In this document: one piece after another, positions 1-11,076 of the stretch
How the letters are laid out: each line of letters opens with the position of its first letter
Position numbering within the stretch: position 1 is the stretch's first letter
Translations under genes and position numbers: made by a program
The notes under the pieces: generated by a model
The model's database searches: none
What the model saw: the letters and a program-made list of their open reading frames with translations, nothing else
Told to the model about the DNA's origin: nothing
Assembly: GCA_963747235.1 (NCBI GenBank)
Contig: CAVVEU010000033.1
Location: 128,001 to 192,000 of the forward strand
Length of the DNA stretch: 64,000 bases
Direction of reading: 5' to 3'
Source: an uncultured Candidatus Rokubacteria bacterium
Lineage (GTDB): Bacteria; Methylomirabilota; Methylomirabilia; Rokubacteriales; CSP1-6

Positions 1-180
1 CATGTAGAAGGAGTCGGAGACCAGCGCGTGCGTCACCCCGCACGCGTCGTGGGCCTCGAGCATGCGGCCGAGCACGCGGCGCTCGGCGGTGACGTAGCGC
101 GGATCGCCGCCATCCGGGAAGCGGGCCAGCGCCCCGTCGGGCAGGACGTGGGCGTGGCACTCGATCAGCGACGTGGCCAG
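1..180 (-). CDS. Amidohydrolase family protein, N-terminal part (runs off window edge; start uncertain)
   Basis: Manual translation of the minus strand gives LATSLIECHAHVLPDG...MLEAHDACGVTHALVSDSFYM, containing the I-x-x-H-x-H metal motif of amidohydrolases; not in ORF track. Confidence 0.6.
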   Translation of the reverse strand, partial: MATSLIECHAHVLPDGALARFPDGGDPRYVTAERRVLGRMLEAHDACGVTHALVSDSFYM

Positions 181-187
181 GGCCGGC

Positions 188-2090
188 TCAGCGCGGGCAG
201 ACGAAGTCCCAGAGCGCGCCCGCGCGCTCCACCACCGCGTCCACGTCCTCGGCGAGGAGCTGCCGGGCCGCGACCATCGCGCCCGCGTCCTGGCGCACCC
301 GCGCGAGATAGGCCTCGCGGCCCGCGTAGCGCTCCTCGATGGAGAGACGCGGGTCGCCCGTCCGCGCCCGCTCCGCCGCGGTGCGCGCGAAGGCCAGCGT
401 CGAGCCCATCATGGACATGATGTCACCCGGCGCGCCCTGCTCCGGATGGCGCGGGTTCCAGCCCATGAAGGTGGCCAGCGGCACCCGCAGCTCGGGCGGG
501 CGGATGCCCGCGCGCTCGTTGCCGTCGCCGTCCACCGCGGAGACGAACGTCACGAAGGGCGCGCCCTGCTTGGGCGGCAGGGTGGCGATCCCGCGCTCGA
601 CCGCGGGCCCGAAGTCGAGCCGCTGCGGTCGCTGGAGCTGATCGGGGAAGCGCGCGCCGGGAATCGCCGCGTAGACGCCGCGGGTCGCCTCGGCGGCCAC
701 CGCGGTGCCGTCGGCCAGGCGCGGGACCGCGCTCGGCGGCGGCTCCACGCCCTCGGTCACCCAGCGGTCGAGATTCACCAGCGCGGCGCGCAGGAGCGGC
801 GAGTAATCCACCACGCTGAACGGGTGGAAGCCCCGGCCCCCGGTATTGGGATCCGCCGCGGGCGGCGGCAGCGCGCCCGGCGTGTGCTGGCTCCCCGCGA
901 AGAGGTACTGGCGCACGTAGGCCGGCGGGGTCACGTCGCGCGTGCCGCCCACGTCGGTGTGCACGAGCGAGCCGTCTCCGCGCCAGTACTCGGCCGAGGT
1001 GTTGATGGTGAAGATGCGCGGCGGCTTCGCGCGCCCGGCCAGGCGCCGGAGCAGCGCGTCGCGCTGGCCGGTGACCGGATCGTCCTGCTCCCCGTCGGTG
1101 AACGGGAACAGGCTGCCGACCGCGTGCACCGCGTTGAGCGACGGCTGGCCGAAGCGGCAGTTGAACTCGCCGCGCCGCGCGCCCGCCACGTGCGGGATCA
1201 CCGCGTCCCAGACGAAGCGGCCGGCCTCGTCCTCGTCGAGGCCCAGGTAGAGCAGGTGCCGCAGGAAGCGGCCGCTCTGCGAGACGCCGAACACGTACGA
1301 CCGCTCGATGGCGCCCGCGCAGGGATTACCCTCGGCGGCGGTGCCCCAGCGCAGGAAGCTCGCGGTGTCGCGCACCGCGGTGAAGCCGAGCCCGACCACC
1401 GGCGGGTCCTCCGCGCGGTAGTAGCAGTCGTAGATGCGGCCGGGCTGAAAGCCGCCGTCGAGCGCGATCGACCCCGAGTCGGGGAAGCGCCAGGCCGAGC
1501 GCGGCACGCGTGGCCGCGGGCGCGTCGCCGTGCTCGCGCACGTGCAGCTCCGCCTCCGGATCGTCGAGGCGCGCCACCGGATGCGGGATGTGGTAGCGGT
1601 CGGCCAGCGGCAGCACGTCCACGCGCGCGTTCGGCCGGAACTCGCAGCGCACGCGCTCGGAGACGCCGGGCACCCGCGGCACCGTCATCGCCATCATGCC
1701 GTCGCGGCGCGGCACGTCGGGCTGCCAGCCGATCCAGGCCACCGTGTAGCCGTGGCGCATCAGGAACCGATTGCCGAAGTCTTCCCTCGAAGTCGGATCG
1801 TTCGAGCGCGGCGTGCTGTTGAACATGCCGAGCGCGATCTTGCGCCCGCGGTTCGGCACGTCGAGGAGCAGCCGGCGGCGCCCGCCGTCGAGCGGCCGCA
1901 GGAGATAGAAGTCGGCGGAGTATTCCACGAGCCCGCGCGCGTTGCGGGGCGCCAGGCCCAGGTCCGCGATCGGCTCGTTCTGCCGGGCCGCCGGATCCGC
2001 GGTGAAATGCAGCACGCCCTCGATCTTCTCGTACGCGCCCCCGGCCGGTACCGGCTCGCGCCGGGTGATGTCGAGCCTGACGACTCCCAT
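188..2090 (-). CDS. Alpha/beta hydrolase domain protein (frameshift near 1505-1510)
   Basis: MGVVRLDITRREP.. (from ORF 1326-2240) joins ORF 188-1507; FGVSQSGRFLR nucleophile elbow, NTSAEYW and D-x-DGNE-x-AGIR motifs. Confidence 0.8.
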
Positions 2091-2106
2091 CGCGTGAGCC
2101 TCCGAT

Positions 2107-2923
2107 CTAGAAGCCGAGGAACGGCTTGAGCGCGGCGAGGACGGCGTCCGGGTTGTCCTCGTGCAGCGTGTGCACCGCGCGGGGGATCTCGACGAAGCGG
2201 CCCTGCGGCAGCTCCTTGGCCATCCGCTCCGCCACGTCACGATCGAGGATCGGGCTCTCCTCGCCGCGGAGCACCAGGGTCGGCACCGGGATCGCGCGCA
2301 GCACCGCCCACCAGTCCACGTCCACCGTCGAGCGCCGCGTCTTCACGCTCGGGTGCCACGCCCACACGATGCGGCCGTCCGGCCGCTGCCGCAGGCTCTG
2401 CGCCGCCACCCAGCGGTAGTAGTGGATGCCGGGATACGGGTTGCCCCGGAGGAGATGCTGGGCCGCCTGCTCGATGCTGTCCCAGAATTCGGGCTCGGGC
2501 GGGCCCGCGCGGGGCCTGCGACGCCCGCGCACTGATCTCGGGTCCGATGTCCACGATCACGAGCTTGCGCACCGACTCGGGGCGCTTGGAGGTGAAGTAC
2601 ATCGCGTTCCGCCCGCCCATGGAGAGCCCCACGACCACGAGCGGAGCCAGGCCGAGCTGGTCGATCACGCCGCTCAGATCGTCGAACGCGGCGATGGGCC
2701 CGTAGACCTCGGCCGGATCGCTGTCGCCGTGGCCGCGCTGATCGAGCGCGTACACGTGGAAGTGCGGCTGCAGCGCGATGGCCAGCGTGTCCCAGGCGTG
2801 CGCGTGCCCGGTGAAGCCGTGCAGGAGGAGCAGCGGGGTGCGGCCCTCCCCGCCCCAGTCGAGCACGTGGAAGCGCAGGCCCTGGACGGTGACGTTCCGG
2901 TCGATCGGCCGTAGCAGGTTCAT
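2107..2923 (-). CDS. Alpha/beta fold hydrolase (frameshift near 2510)
   Basis: LLHGFTG, LDQRGHGDS, GLSMGG in ORF 2237-2923; C-terminal PTLVLRGEES..HTLHEDNP in ORF 2107-2532. Confidence 0.85.
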
Positions 2924-2933
2924 GCCGGCCCGA

Positions 2934-3323
2934 TCAGAGCTGGATGCGGCCGGGGCCCCGCGGGCCGCCGCGGCCGCCCATGTCGGGCGGCATGCGGTCG
3001 GGGATGACGATGTTGGAGGACTGCTCCCGGCGCAGCTCCTGCAGCTCGCGGATCGCGCGCTCGACGCCCACCTTGGCGCCCTCCGAGAACTTCTCGGCCG
3101 CGTCGCCGAGCGAGGTCGCGTCGATCTCGAAGGTGATCGGCAGGGCGCCCACCGGGGAGAGGAGCTGGGCCTCGCCGACGTAAAGGATCTTGCGCGTGAG
3201 GTCGATCGACCCGTCCGTCTTCACCGGCGTCATCACCCGGATGATGCCGATGCGGCGGTCGGTGTAGGTCTCCTCGCGATAGAGGGCAGTCGCATCCATG
3301 CGGAGCTCGAGCTCATCGGCCAT
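2934..3323 (-). CDS. Hypothetical cytoplasmic protein, 129 aa
   Basis: Clean ORF with typical codon usage and GAGAGGA RBS; LYREETYTDRRIG...PITFEIDA..; function unknown. Confidence 0.75.
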   Translation of the reverse strand: MADELELRMDATALYREETYTDRRIGIIRVMTPVKTDGSIDLTRKILYVGEAQLLSPVGALPITFEIDATSLGDAAEKFSEGAKVGVERAIRELQELRREQSSNIVIPDRMPPDMGGRGGPRGPGRIQL

Positions 3324-3362
3324 CGTGGCTAATCCTCTCTTTCATCTTCATCGAATGGTCCG

Positions 3363-4244
3363 TCACGCGAGCTCGGCCCGCGCGCTCATCGCCACCGTGC
3401 CCTCGGGGGTCACGGCCCACATCTCGGCGCCGCGGCCGTCCGCGGTGGGGCGGCCGCGCAGCTCGAAGGGCGCGGTGTCGAAGAGCGGGGCGCGGGCCTG
3501 CGTCTCGTAGCCCGTGAACACGCGGCCCGGGTTGTGGTCGCGCGCGAAGTCGATCAGGAGCGTGGAGGTGAGCGGGCCGTGCACGACCAAGCCCGGGTAG
3601 CCCTCGCGCTCCATGGCCCAGGGCCGGTCGTAGTGGATGCGGTGGCTGTTGAAGGTCAGGGCGGAGAAGCGGAACAGCAGCACCGGGTCCGGCGCGATCC
3701 GCCGGCGCCACGGGGTGTCGTCGGGCGCGGTCTCGCGGCGCGGCGCCTGGTTGCGCTCACCGGCCCGGACCTCCTCGCGGAACACGGTGCGGCGTTCTTC
3801 CTCGATGGCCAGCGCCTCCCCGGTGAAGATGCGCTGGGTCACGGTGGCGAAGACCAGGGTGCCGGTGCCGCCCGTCTTGACCGAGATGTCGGCCAGCTCG
3901 GTCTCGCGGCGCACCGTGTCGCCGATGCGGAGCGGACGGTGGAAGCGGAAGCGCTCGCCCGCGAACATGCGGCGGGGCAGCGGCATCGGCGGGATCACCC
4001 CGGTGTCGAGCGGGCTGCCGTCGGGCCGGAGCGCCTCCGGCGGAAAGCGCGGGAGGAAGTAGAGCGATTGCCAGCCCGGGGGCAGCGGATCGCCCGGCCC
4101 GAGCTCGCGCTCGTCGCGGCCGAAGGTCAGGCGCAGCAGGTTGGCGGGCGCGGCGGTGATCACGTCGGTCGCGCTCTCGCGCCGCCCGACGTGCGCCTTG
4201 AGGTCGTCGAGGGCGACGGCGCCCGGCGCCCCGACGGTCGTCAT
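3363..4244 (-). CDS. MaoC-like double hot-dog acyl-CoA hydratase/dehydratase (itaconyl-/mesaconyl-CoA hydratase-like)
   Basis: PRRMFAG, LFRFSALTFNSHRIHYD, YPGLVVHGPL hydratase motifs. Confidence 0.85.
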   Translation of the reverse strand: MTTVGAPGAVALDDLKAHVGRRESATDVITAAPANLLRLTFGRDERELGPGDPLPPGWQSLYFLPRFPPEALRPDGSPLDTGVIPPMPLPRRMFAGERFRFHRPLRIGDTVRRETELADISVKTGGTGTLVFATVTQRIFTGEALAIEEERRTVFREEVRAGERNQAPRRETAPDDTPWRRRIAPDPVLLFRFSALTFNSHRIHYDRPWAMEREGYPGLVVHGPLTSTLLIDFARDHNPGRVFTGYETQARAPLFDTAPFELRGRPTADGRGAEMWAVTPEGTVAMSARAELA

Positions 4245-5632
4245 GCCCGCACCGGCGGGCGGCGGCGATGCCAGTCCGTCGCCCGCTGATAGGCGTGGCC
4301 CGCGCGCAGCACGGTGGCCTCGTCGAAGGGCCGGCCCGAGATCTGGAACGACAGCGGCAGGCCGGTCGTGGAGAACCCGGTCGGCAGCGCCAGGGTGGGC
4401 AGCCCGGTGATGTTGAACGGCCCCATGTTGCTCTTGGCGAACGGAAAGTCCGGATCGAGCACGACCTTGAACGAGGGCGCCGGGCCGAGCGCGGTGGGCG
4501 TGATCAGCACGTCCACCGACTGCAGCGCGCGCTCCGTGTCCTCCCGGATCTGCGAGCGCAGGCGCTGGGCCTGGATGTACTCGTCCGCCCGGAAGAGCCC
4601 GCCCGCCATCAGCTTCTCGCGCAGCACGTCGCCGTAGAGCTCCGGATGCAGGCGCAGGTCGCGCTCGTGGTAGGCGAAGGCCTCGGTCAGCATGATCACC
4701 ATGAAGGACGGCGTGGCATGAATGCTCGGGATCGTCACGTCCCGCACGGTGGCGCCGAGCCGTCCCAGCTCGCCCACCGCCTGCTCGAAGGCGGCCACCG
4801 TCTCCGGCTCCACCTGGTCGAAGAAGTAGTCGCGCACCACCCCGATCCGGAGGCCCTTGACGCCGCCCTCGAGCGTCGCCAGGTAGTCCGCCACCGGCTC
4901 ACGAGCGGACGCCGGATCGGCCGGATCGTGGCCGGCCAGCGCCTGTAGCATGTACGCGCAATCCTCCGCCGAGCGCGCCATGGGGCCGGTGTGGTCGAGC
5001 GTCCACGAGAGCGTCACCACGCCCGCGCGGCTCACGCGCCCGTAGGTCGGCTTGAGCCCGGCGATCCCGCAGAAGGCAGCCGGGCCCCGGATGGACCCGC
5101 CGGTATCGGAGCCGAGCGCGCCCACCGCCATGCCGGCGGCCAGCGCCGCGCCGGACCCGCTGCTCGAGCCGCCCGGGATGTGATCGACGTTCCACGGGTT
5201 GCGCGCGGGCGGAAAGCGGTGGCCCGGGAACTGGATGCCGAACGCGAACTCGTGGGTGATCAGCTTGCCGAGCATGACCATGCCCGCCTGCTGCAGCCGC
5301 GTCACGCACGTGCAATCGAAGTCGGGCACCCAGTCGCCCAGCACCGCCGAGCCCGCGGTGGTGAGGATCCCCTTGGTCGCGTAGAGATCCTTGTACGCGA
5401 TCGGGATGCCGGTGAGCGGTCCCGCGTCGCCCCGCTTGAGCGCAGCCTCCGCGGCGCGGGCATCGGCGAGCGCGCGCTCGGCGGTGACCGTCACGTAGGC
5501 GTTCAGGCTCTTGTCGAGCGTCTCGATGCGGCGAAGCTGATCGGTGGCGTAGTCCACCGGGGAGAGCGCGCGGCTCCGGAAGAGGCCGCCCAGCTCCCGG
5601 ATGCCCGCGTAGCAGAGCTCGTCGGCGCTCAT
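4241..5632 (-). CDS. Amidase signature family enzyme (GatA/AtzE-like)
   Basis: GIPIAYKD, GGSSSGS, GSDTGGSIRGPAAFCG (Ser-Ser-Lys triad); likely start MSADELCY at 5632. Confidence 0.9.
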   Translation of the reverse strand: MSADELCYAGIRELGGLFRSRALSPVDYATDQLRRIETLDKSLNAYVTVTAERALADARAAEAALKRGDAGPLTGIPIAYKDLYATKGILTTAGSAVLGDWVPDFDCTCVTRLQQAGMVMLGKLITHEFAFGIQFPGHRFPPARNPWNVDHIPGGSSSGSGAALAAGMAVGALGSDTGGSIRGPAAFCGIAGLKPTYGRVSRAGVVTLSWTLDHTGPMARSAEDCAYMLQALAGHDPADPASAREPVADYLATLEGGVKGLRIGVVRDYFFDQVEPETVAAFEQAVGELGRLGATVRDVTIPSIHATPSFMVIMLTEAFAYHERDLRLHPELYGDVLREKLMAGGLFRADEYIQAQRLRSQIREDTERALQSVDVLITPTALGPAPSFKVVLDPDFPFAKSNMGPFNITGLPTLALPTGFSTTGLPLSFQISGRPFDEATVLRAGHAYQRATDWHRRRPPVRA

Positions 5633-5836
5633 GAGCCGCTCCCGCCCTTGGCGTCGAAAGATCACCGCGGGCTCCACCGTCCGGATCGCCCGGCAGTCCA
5701 GGGCGCGGATGGGCCGCAGCGCGTTGACCAGGAAGCCGCGCACCAGGGACAGGCGGTTGGCGGGGATGGAGAGGCCGGCGAGGCGGGCGCGCTCCTTCAC
5801 CTCGTCCAGCGTGACGTCAGGGGGCATCTCGGGCAT
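5629..5836 (-). CDS. Small GatC/AtzG-like amidase partner (appears fused to amidase by a 1-nt insertion near 5658)
   Basis: MPEMPPDVTLDEVKERARLAGLSI...EPAVIF; removing one T gives ..IFDAKGGSGS-TGA overlapping the amidase ATG (ATGA); GAGGAG RBS upstream. Confidence 0.6.
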
Positions 5837-5928
5837 AGTGGTCTCCTCGTTGGCGACGCGCCATAGAGTAGACGTGTCCGCGGCCGAGGGCAAGGCGGAG
5901 GCCGCACACCGTGGAAAGGAATGCGCTC

Positions 5929-7194
5929 ATGCCGGAGACCACGAGCCCCTTCACGCTGATCACCGCGGACCGCCTCATCGACGGAAGCGCGGCGGCGCCC
6001 GTCGAGCGGGCCGCGATCCTGATCCAGGGGGAGCGTATCGTCGCCCTGGGTCCGGAAGGCACGGTGCGCGCGCCCGAGGGCGCCGCCGTCACCCGGAAGG
6101 CCTACGGGGCCGCCACCATCCTGCCCGGCCTCGTGGACGCCCACACCCACCTGGTGGCGCCGGGCGACGGGACGCTGGGCGACGACATCGCCAAGGAAGA
6201 CGACGACATCCTCCTGCTCCAGGCCGCGCAGAACGCGCGCACCCTGCTGCACTCGGGCGTGACCACGCTCCGGGAGAACGGCGCGAAGGGCAAGGTCGCC
6301 TTCTCTCTGCGCGAGGGCATTCGCCGGCGACTCGCCCCCGGGCCCCGCATGGTGATCTGCGGCCGTCCGATCGCGATCACCGGCGGGCACATGGGCTACT
6401 TCGGCTCCGAGGCGGACGGGGAGGTGGCGGTGCGCGCGGAGGTGCGCAAGCTCCTGAAGGAAGGCGCCGACTACATCAAGATCGTGGCGAGCGGCGGCTC
6501 GACCCGCACCTCGGATCCGAACCGCGCCTCGTACAGCGTGGCGGAGCTGGCGGCCATGACCGACGAAGCGCGGCGACACGGCAAGCTCACCGCGGCCCAC
6601 TGCACCTCGGCCGAGTCCATCCAGAACTGCCTCGACGCCGGCGTCGACATGATCATCCACTGCATCTTCACCGAACCCGACGGGACCTTTCGCTTCCGCC
6701 CCGACCTGGTCGAGCGGCTCGCCGCCGCCAAGGCCTGGGTGAATCCCACCCTCTACGTGATGAAGGCGGGCATCGAGCGGCTGCGAGAGGCGCGCGAGCG
6801 CGAGGGTCGGCTCACCCCGGAGCTGATCGCGCAGCTCGAGCAGTCACGGCGCGCCCTCGACGTCCGCGTGGATGCGGTCCGACGGATGAGCGAGGCCGGC
6901 GTGCGGATGACCGCCGGATCCGACTCGCCCTGGGGCTGGTACGCGCCGGGCGAATTCGTTCACGAGATCCACATGATGGCCCAGGCCGGCCTCTCGTACA
7001 CCGACGCCATCGTCACCGGCACCGCGGGGGCCGCCGACTCCATCGGGGTGGGCGGGCTGAGCGGCCGCCTCCTCCCCGGGCGCCAGGCCGACGTGCTCGT
7101 GGTGCGCGGCGACCCCACCCGTGAGATCACCGCCCTCTGGGACGTCCTCGACGTCTATCAAGCCGGCCGCCGCATCGCCCGCGATTTGATCTGA
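5929..7194 (+). CDS. Metal-dependent amidohydrolase (Xaa-Pro dipeptidase-like subgroup)
   Basis: [33 protein letters not shown] motifs; GAAAGGA RBS before ATG 5929. Confidence 0.88.
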   Translation: MPETTSPFTLITADRLIDGSAAAPVERAAILIQGERIVALGPEGTVRAPEGAAVTRKAYGAATILPGLVDAHTHLVAPGDGTLGDDIAKEDDDILLLQAAQNARTLLHSGVTTLRENGAKGKVAFSLREGIRRRLAPGPRMVICGRPIAITGGHMGYFGSEADGEVAVRAEVRKLLKEGADYIKIVASGGSTRTSDPNRASYSVAELAAMTDEARRHGKLTAAHCTSAESIQNCLDAGVDMIIHCIFTEPDGTFRFRPDLVERLAAAKAWVNPTLYVMKAGIERLREAREREGRLTPELIAQLEQSRRALDVRVDAVRRMSEAGVRMTAGSDSPWGWYAPGEFVHEIHMMAQAGLSYTDAIVTGTAGAADSIGVGGLSGRLLPGRQADVLVVRGDPTREITALWDVLDVYQAGRRIARDLI

Positions 7195-7284
7195 ACCGAA
7201 GCCGGCCGACTGCCGGGCGCAAGGTTGGCCGGCGCAGGAAGCGGTGGGGGGGCGTGGGGGAGGAGCGGCGCTCGCTCCCCCCAC
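7195..7284. repeat. GC-rich palindromic intergenic element between convergent genes
   Basis: GTGGGGGAGGAGCGGCGCTCGCTCCCCCCAC hairpin plus extra G-run and a GCCGGCC..GGCCGGC stem; architecture similar to the elements at 36391 and 40783. Confidence 0.5.
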
Positions 7285-8254
7285 TTAGATCAGATGACAC
7301 GCGGCCTGATGCCCAGCACCCGACCTCGCGCAGCGCGGGAGCTTCGACCCGGCAGCGGTCGATGACGAAGGGACAGCGCGGGTGGAAGCGGCAGCCCGAC
7401 GGCATCGCGAGCGGGCTCGCCATCTCGCCCGCCGGCACGAGGCGCTCGCGACGCAGGGCGGGATCCACGACGGGCACCGCGGAGAGCAGCACGCGCGTGT
7501 AGGGATGCTTCGGCGCGTGGTGAATCGCGTCGCGCGGTCCGAGCTCCACGATCTCGCCCAGGTACATGACGGCCACCCGATCCGACATGTGAAGCACGAC
7601 GTGGAGATCGTGCGAGATGAAGAGATAGGTCAAGCCGAACCGCCGCTTCAGGTCCATCAGCAGATTCAGCACCTGGGCCTGGACCGACACGTCGAGCGCC
7701 GAGACCGGCTCGTCGGCCACGATCAGCGCGGGGTGGAGCGCGAGCGCCGCCGCGATGCCGATGCGCTGCCGCTGGCCGCCCGAGAGCTCGTGCGGATACC
7801 GGAGCGCGAAGGCGGGATCGAGTCCCACCAGCTCGAGCAGCTCGCCGACCCGCCGACGGCGTTCCGCGGCGTCGGCCAGCCCGTAGATCGCGAGCGGCTC
7901 GGCGATGATCTGGCCGACCCGCATCCGCGGATTCAACGAGCCGTACGGATCCTGGAAGACGATCTGCATGCGGCGGCGCGCGGCCCAGAGCTCCCGCGCC
8001 GGGAGCTCGAGCAGGTCACGACCCTCCAGCCGGATCTGTCCCGCGCTGGGCTCGATCAGTCGCAGGATCAGGCGGCCGGTGGTGGACTTGCCGCAGCCGG
8101 ACTCGCCGACGAGCCCCAGCGTCTCCCCCGGCGTGAGCGTGAAGCTCACCCCGTCCACCGCCCGGATCACGCGTCGATGCCGGCCGAGCCAGCTCCCGCC
8201 CACCTCGAACCGCTTGGCGAGGTCCTGGACCTCGAGCAGCGGGCCGGACGTCAC
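7285..8254 (-). CDS. Oligopeptide/dipeptide ABC ATP-binding protein, DppF/OppF type (frameshift near 7320)
   Basis: [35 protein letters not shown]; removing one G restores the typical end [17 protein letters not shown] at 7285. Confidence 0.9.
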
Positions 8255-9213
8255 GTGGTCACCGGGCAGGCCACCAGATGGCCGGGCTCCCGTGCCTCGA
8301 GCGGGGGCTCGTCGCGCCGGCAGCTCTCCACGACGTGGGGGCAGCGGGGTGCGAACCGGCACCCCACGCTCGGCCGGCGTGGATCGGGAGGCGCGCCGTC
8401 AATGGAGAAGAGCGGCTGGCCGAAGCGGCTCGGATGCGGCAGGCAGCGGAGGAGCCCGCGCGTGTAGGGATGCAGCGGGCGGGCGAAGATGCGCTCCACC
8501 GGCGCCAGCTCCACGATGCGCCCGGCGTAGATCACCGCGACCCGGTGGCACAGCTCGGCGACGACGCCGAGATCGTGGGTGATCATGAGCACCGCCATGC
8601 CGCGCTCGGCCTGCAGACGCCGGAGCAGGTCGAGGATCTGGGCCTGGATCGTCACGTCGAGGGCCGTGGTCGGCTCGTCCGCGATCAGGAGCCGCGGGCC
8701 CGAGACAAGGGCGAGCGCCAGCATCGCGCGCTGGCGTAGGCCACCCGAGAGCTGGTGCGGATAGTCGCGGACGCGCTCGGCCGGCGCGGGCACCTGGACC
8801 TGGTGCAGCATCTCCACCGCCCGCTCCCAGGCCGCCGCGCGGCCGAGGCCCGAGTGGGCGAGCGCGGCGGAGGCGATCTGATCGCCGATCGAGAAGACCG
8901 GGTTGAGCGACGTCATCGGCTCCTGGAACACCATGCCGATGCGGCCGCCGCGCACCTGGCGCATGGCCTCCGCGTCCTTGCCCAGCAGATCCTCGCCGTC
9001 GAGCAGGATGCGCCCGGCCGCGATGCGCCCCGGCGGGGGCACGAGCCGCATGATGGAGAGCGAGGTGACGCTCTTCCCGCACCCGGACTCCCCGACCAGC
9101 CCCAGCACCTCGCCGCGCTCGACGGTGAAGCTCACGCCGTCCACCGCGCGCAGGGGACCGGTGCCGGTGCTGAACTCGGTCACGAGGCCTTCGACCTGGA
9201 GCAGCGGGGGCAC
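8251..9213 (-). CDS. Oligopeptide/dipeptide ABC ATP-binding protein, DppD/OppD type
   Basis: [36 protein letters not shown]. Confidence 0.93.
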   Translation of the reverse strand: MPPLLQVEGLVTEFSTGTGPLRAVDGVSFTVERGEVLGLVGESGCGKSVTSLSIMRLVPPPGRIAAGRILLDGEDLLGKDAEAMRQVRGGRIGMVFQEPMTSLNPVFSIGDQIASAALAHSGLGRAAAWERAVEMLHQVQVPAPAERVRDYPHQLSGGLRQRAMLALALVSGPRLLIADEPTTALDVTIQAQILDLLRRLQAERGMAVLMITHDLGVVAELCHRVAVIYAGRIVELAPVERIFARPLHPYTRGLLRCLPHPSRFGQPLFSIDGAPPDPRRPSVGCRFAPRCPHVVESCRRDEPPLEAREPGHLVACPVTT

Positions 9214-9216
9214 GGG

Positions 9217-10101
9217 TTAGATCTTCAACCGCGGGTCGAGGGTGTCCCGCAGCCAGTCGCCGAGAAGATTCACCGCGAGCACGGTCAGCATGATCGCGAG
9301 GCCGGGAAACGTGGCGAGCCACCAGGCGGTCGCGATGTAGTTGCGGCCGTCCGCGAGCATCCAGCCCCAGGTCGGGGTGGGCGGCTGGACTCCCAGGCCG
9401 AGGAAGGACAGGGCGGACTCGTAGATGATCATGAACGCCAGCTCGAGCGTGGCCACCACGATGATCGGGGTGAGCGCGTTGGGGAGCACGTGGCGAAGCA
9501 GGAGCCGCCCGGAGCGGTTGCCGCGCGCGCGGGCCCCGGTGACGAACTCCCGCTCGCGGATCGAGAGCACGTCGGCCCGGACGATCCGCGCGAACTGTAC
9601 CCACCGGGTGGCGCCCATGACGAGGATGACGTTGAGCAGGCTCGGCCCCAGCGCGAACACCACCCCCATGGCGAGCAGGATGTAGGGAATGGCGAGGAAG
9701 ACGTCGACGATCCGCATGATGATCGCGTCCGCGCGGCCGCCGAAGAATCCCGCGCACAGGCCGAGCGTGACCCCGAGGCCGGCGGCGAGCGCCACCGCGG
9801 AGAGGCCCACCAGCAGCGAGATCCGCCCGCCGTAGAGAATTCGGCTCAGGATGTCCCGCCCCAGGTGATCGGTCCCGAGCGGGTGCTCGCGCAGCCCGCG
9901 CGCCTCCCACACGGGCGGGCGGAGGCGCTTGAGCAGCATCTGCCGCGCCGGATCCCACGGCGCGAGCTGCGGGGCGAGCAGGGCGGAGCCGCCCATGGCG
10001 AGCAGCACCGTGATCCCGAACACGGCGCGAAAGCTGACGCGCCGGCGGCGCGCGCGGGCGACGGCGGGAAGCGCGCCCGCGACCGTGGCCGCCTCGGTCA
10101 C
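9217..10101 (-). CDS. ABC permease, DppC/OppC type
   Basis: HPLGTDHLGRD, REFVTGARARG (EAA-like), LLGDWLRDTLDPR; GTG start overlaps the upstream TGA. Confidence 0.9.
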   Translation of the reverse strand: MTEAATVAGALPAVARARRRRVSFRAVFGITVLLAMGGSALLAPQLAPWDPARQMLLKRLRPPVWEARGLREHPLGTDHLGRDILSRILYGGRISLLVGLSAVALAAGLGVTLGLCAGFFGGRADAIIMRIVDVFLAIPYILLAMGVVFALGPSLLNVILVMGATRWVQFARIVRADVLSIREREFVTGARARGNRSGRLLLRHVLPNALTPIIVVATLELAFMIIYESALSFLGLGVQPPTPTWGWMLADGRNYIATAWWLATFPGLAIMLTVLAVNLLGDWLRDTLDPRLKI

Positions 10102-11028
10102 CGGGCGCTCCGCACGTAGACGATCCGCGGATCGAGGTAGGTGTAGACCAGATCCACCGCCAGGTTGATGAGCACGAAGAGCGTCGCGAGCACCGCCACG
10201 ATGGCCTGCACGAGCGGGTAGTCGCGGCTGAAGATCGCGTCCACCGCCAGCCGGCCGACCCCGGGCCAGGCGAAGATCGTCTCGGTGATGACCGCGCCCC
10301 CGAGCAGGATGCCGAACTCGAGGCCGATGACGGTGACGAGCGGGAATCGCCGCGTTCTTCAGCGCGTACTTGTAGGTCACCACGAAGGTGCGGATCCCGG
10401 CGGAGCGGGCGGTGCGCACGTAGTCCTGGGCCAGCACCTCCAGCATTCCCGAGCGCGCCAGGCGCGCGATGCGGGCCATGGAGAAGGCGCCGAGGGCGCA
10501 GGCGGGCAGCACGAACGAGCGGAGACCGTCGCGGCCGGCGGCGGGAAACCAGCCGAGCCACACCGCGAAGACGAGGATGAGCAGGAGCCCGAGCCAGTAG
10601 ACCGGCATGGCCTGGCCCATCAGCACGCCGACCGAGCAGATCGCGTCGAGGAGCGAGTTGCGGCGGAGCGCGGCCAGGATGCCGACCGGCACCGCCACGA
10701 GGAGGGCGAGCGAGAGGCCCGCGACGGTGAGCTGGAGCGTCGCGGGCAGCGTGCTCAGGATGAGGCCGAGGGCGGGCACCTGATGCTTGAACGAGAGCCC
10801 GAAATCGCCCCGCACCGCGCGGGACAGGAACCGCACGTACTGCAGCCACAGCGGGTCGTCGAGCCCGAGCAGGGTGCGGAGCTGCCGGACGTCCTCCTCA
10901 CGCGCCTCGAGCGGCAGGAGCAGCCGGGTCGGATCGCCGGTCAGATGCAGGAGCCCGAACACGATCACGGAGACCCCCAGCAGGACGAACACGCTCTGCA
11001 GGAGCCGCCGCGCGAGGAAGGCGAGCAT
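10098..11028 (-). CDS. ABC permease, DppB/OppB type (frameshift near 10342)
   Basis: GDFGLS, QDYVRTARSAG, LKNAAIP then +1 frame ITETIFAWPGVG..YLDPRI. Confidence 0.88.
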
Positions 11029-11035
11029 CAGCGGA

Positions 11036-11070
11036 GGGGAGAGGGGGAGACGACCGCGCCCCCTCTCCCC
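11036..11070 (-). terminator. 12-bp perfect intercistronic hairpin between binding-protein and permease genes (mRNA stabiliser or partial terminator)
   Basis: GGGGAGAGGGGG (11036-11047) pairs with CCCCCTCTCCCC (11059-11070); no U-tract. Confidence 0.55.
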
Positions 11071-11076
11071 GGAGGC

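Noticed and set aside
4241-5836. gatCA of the tRNA amidotransferase
   Set aside because: No gatB, catabolic context, and the sequence fits generic amidases better
9217-11028. Apparent fused DppB-DppC permeases (also 14365-16143) and permease-ATPase fusion (24767-26986)
   Set aside because: The middle segments are off-frame nonsense; a single-base correction yields two normal genes with GTGA/ATGA overlaps
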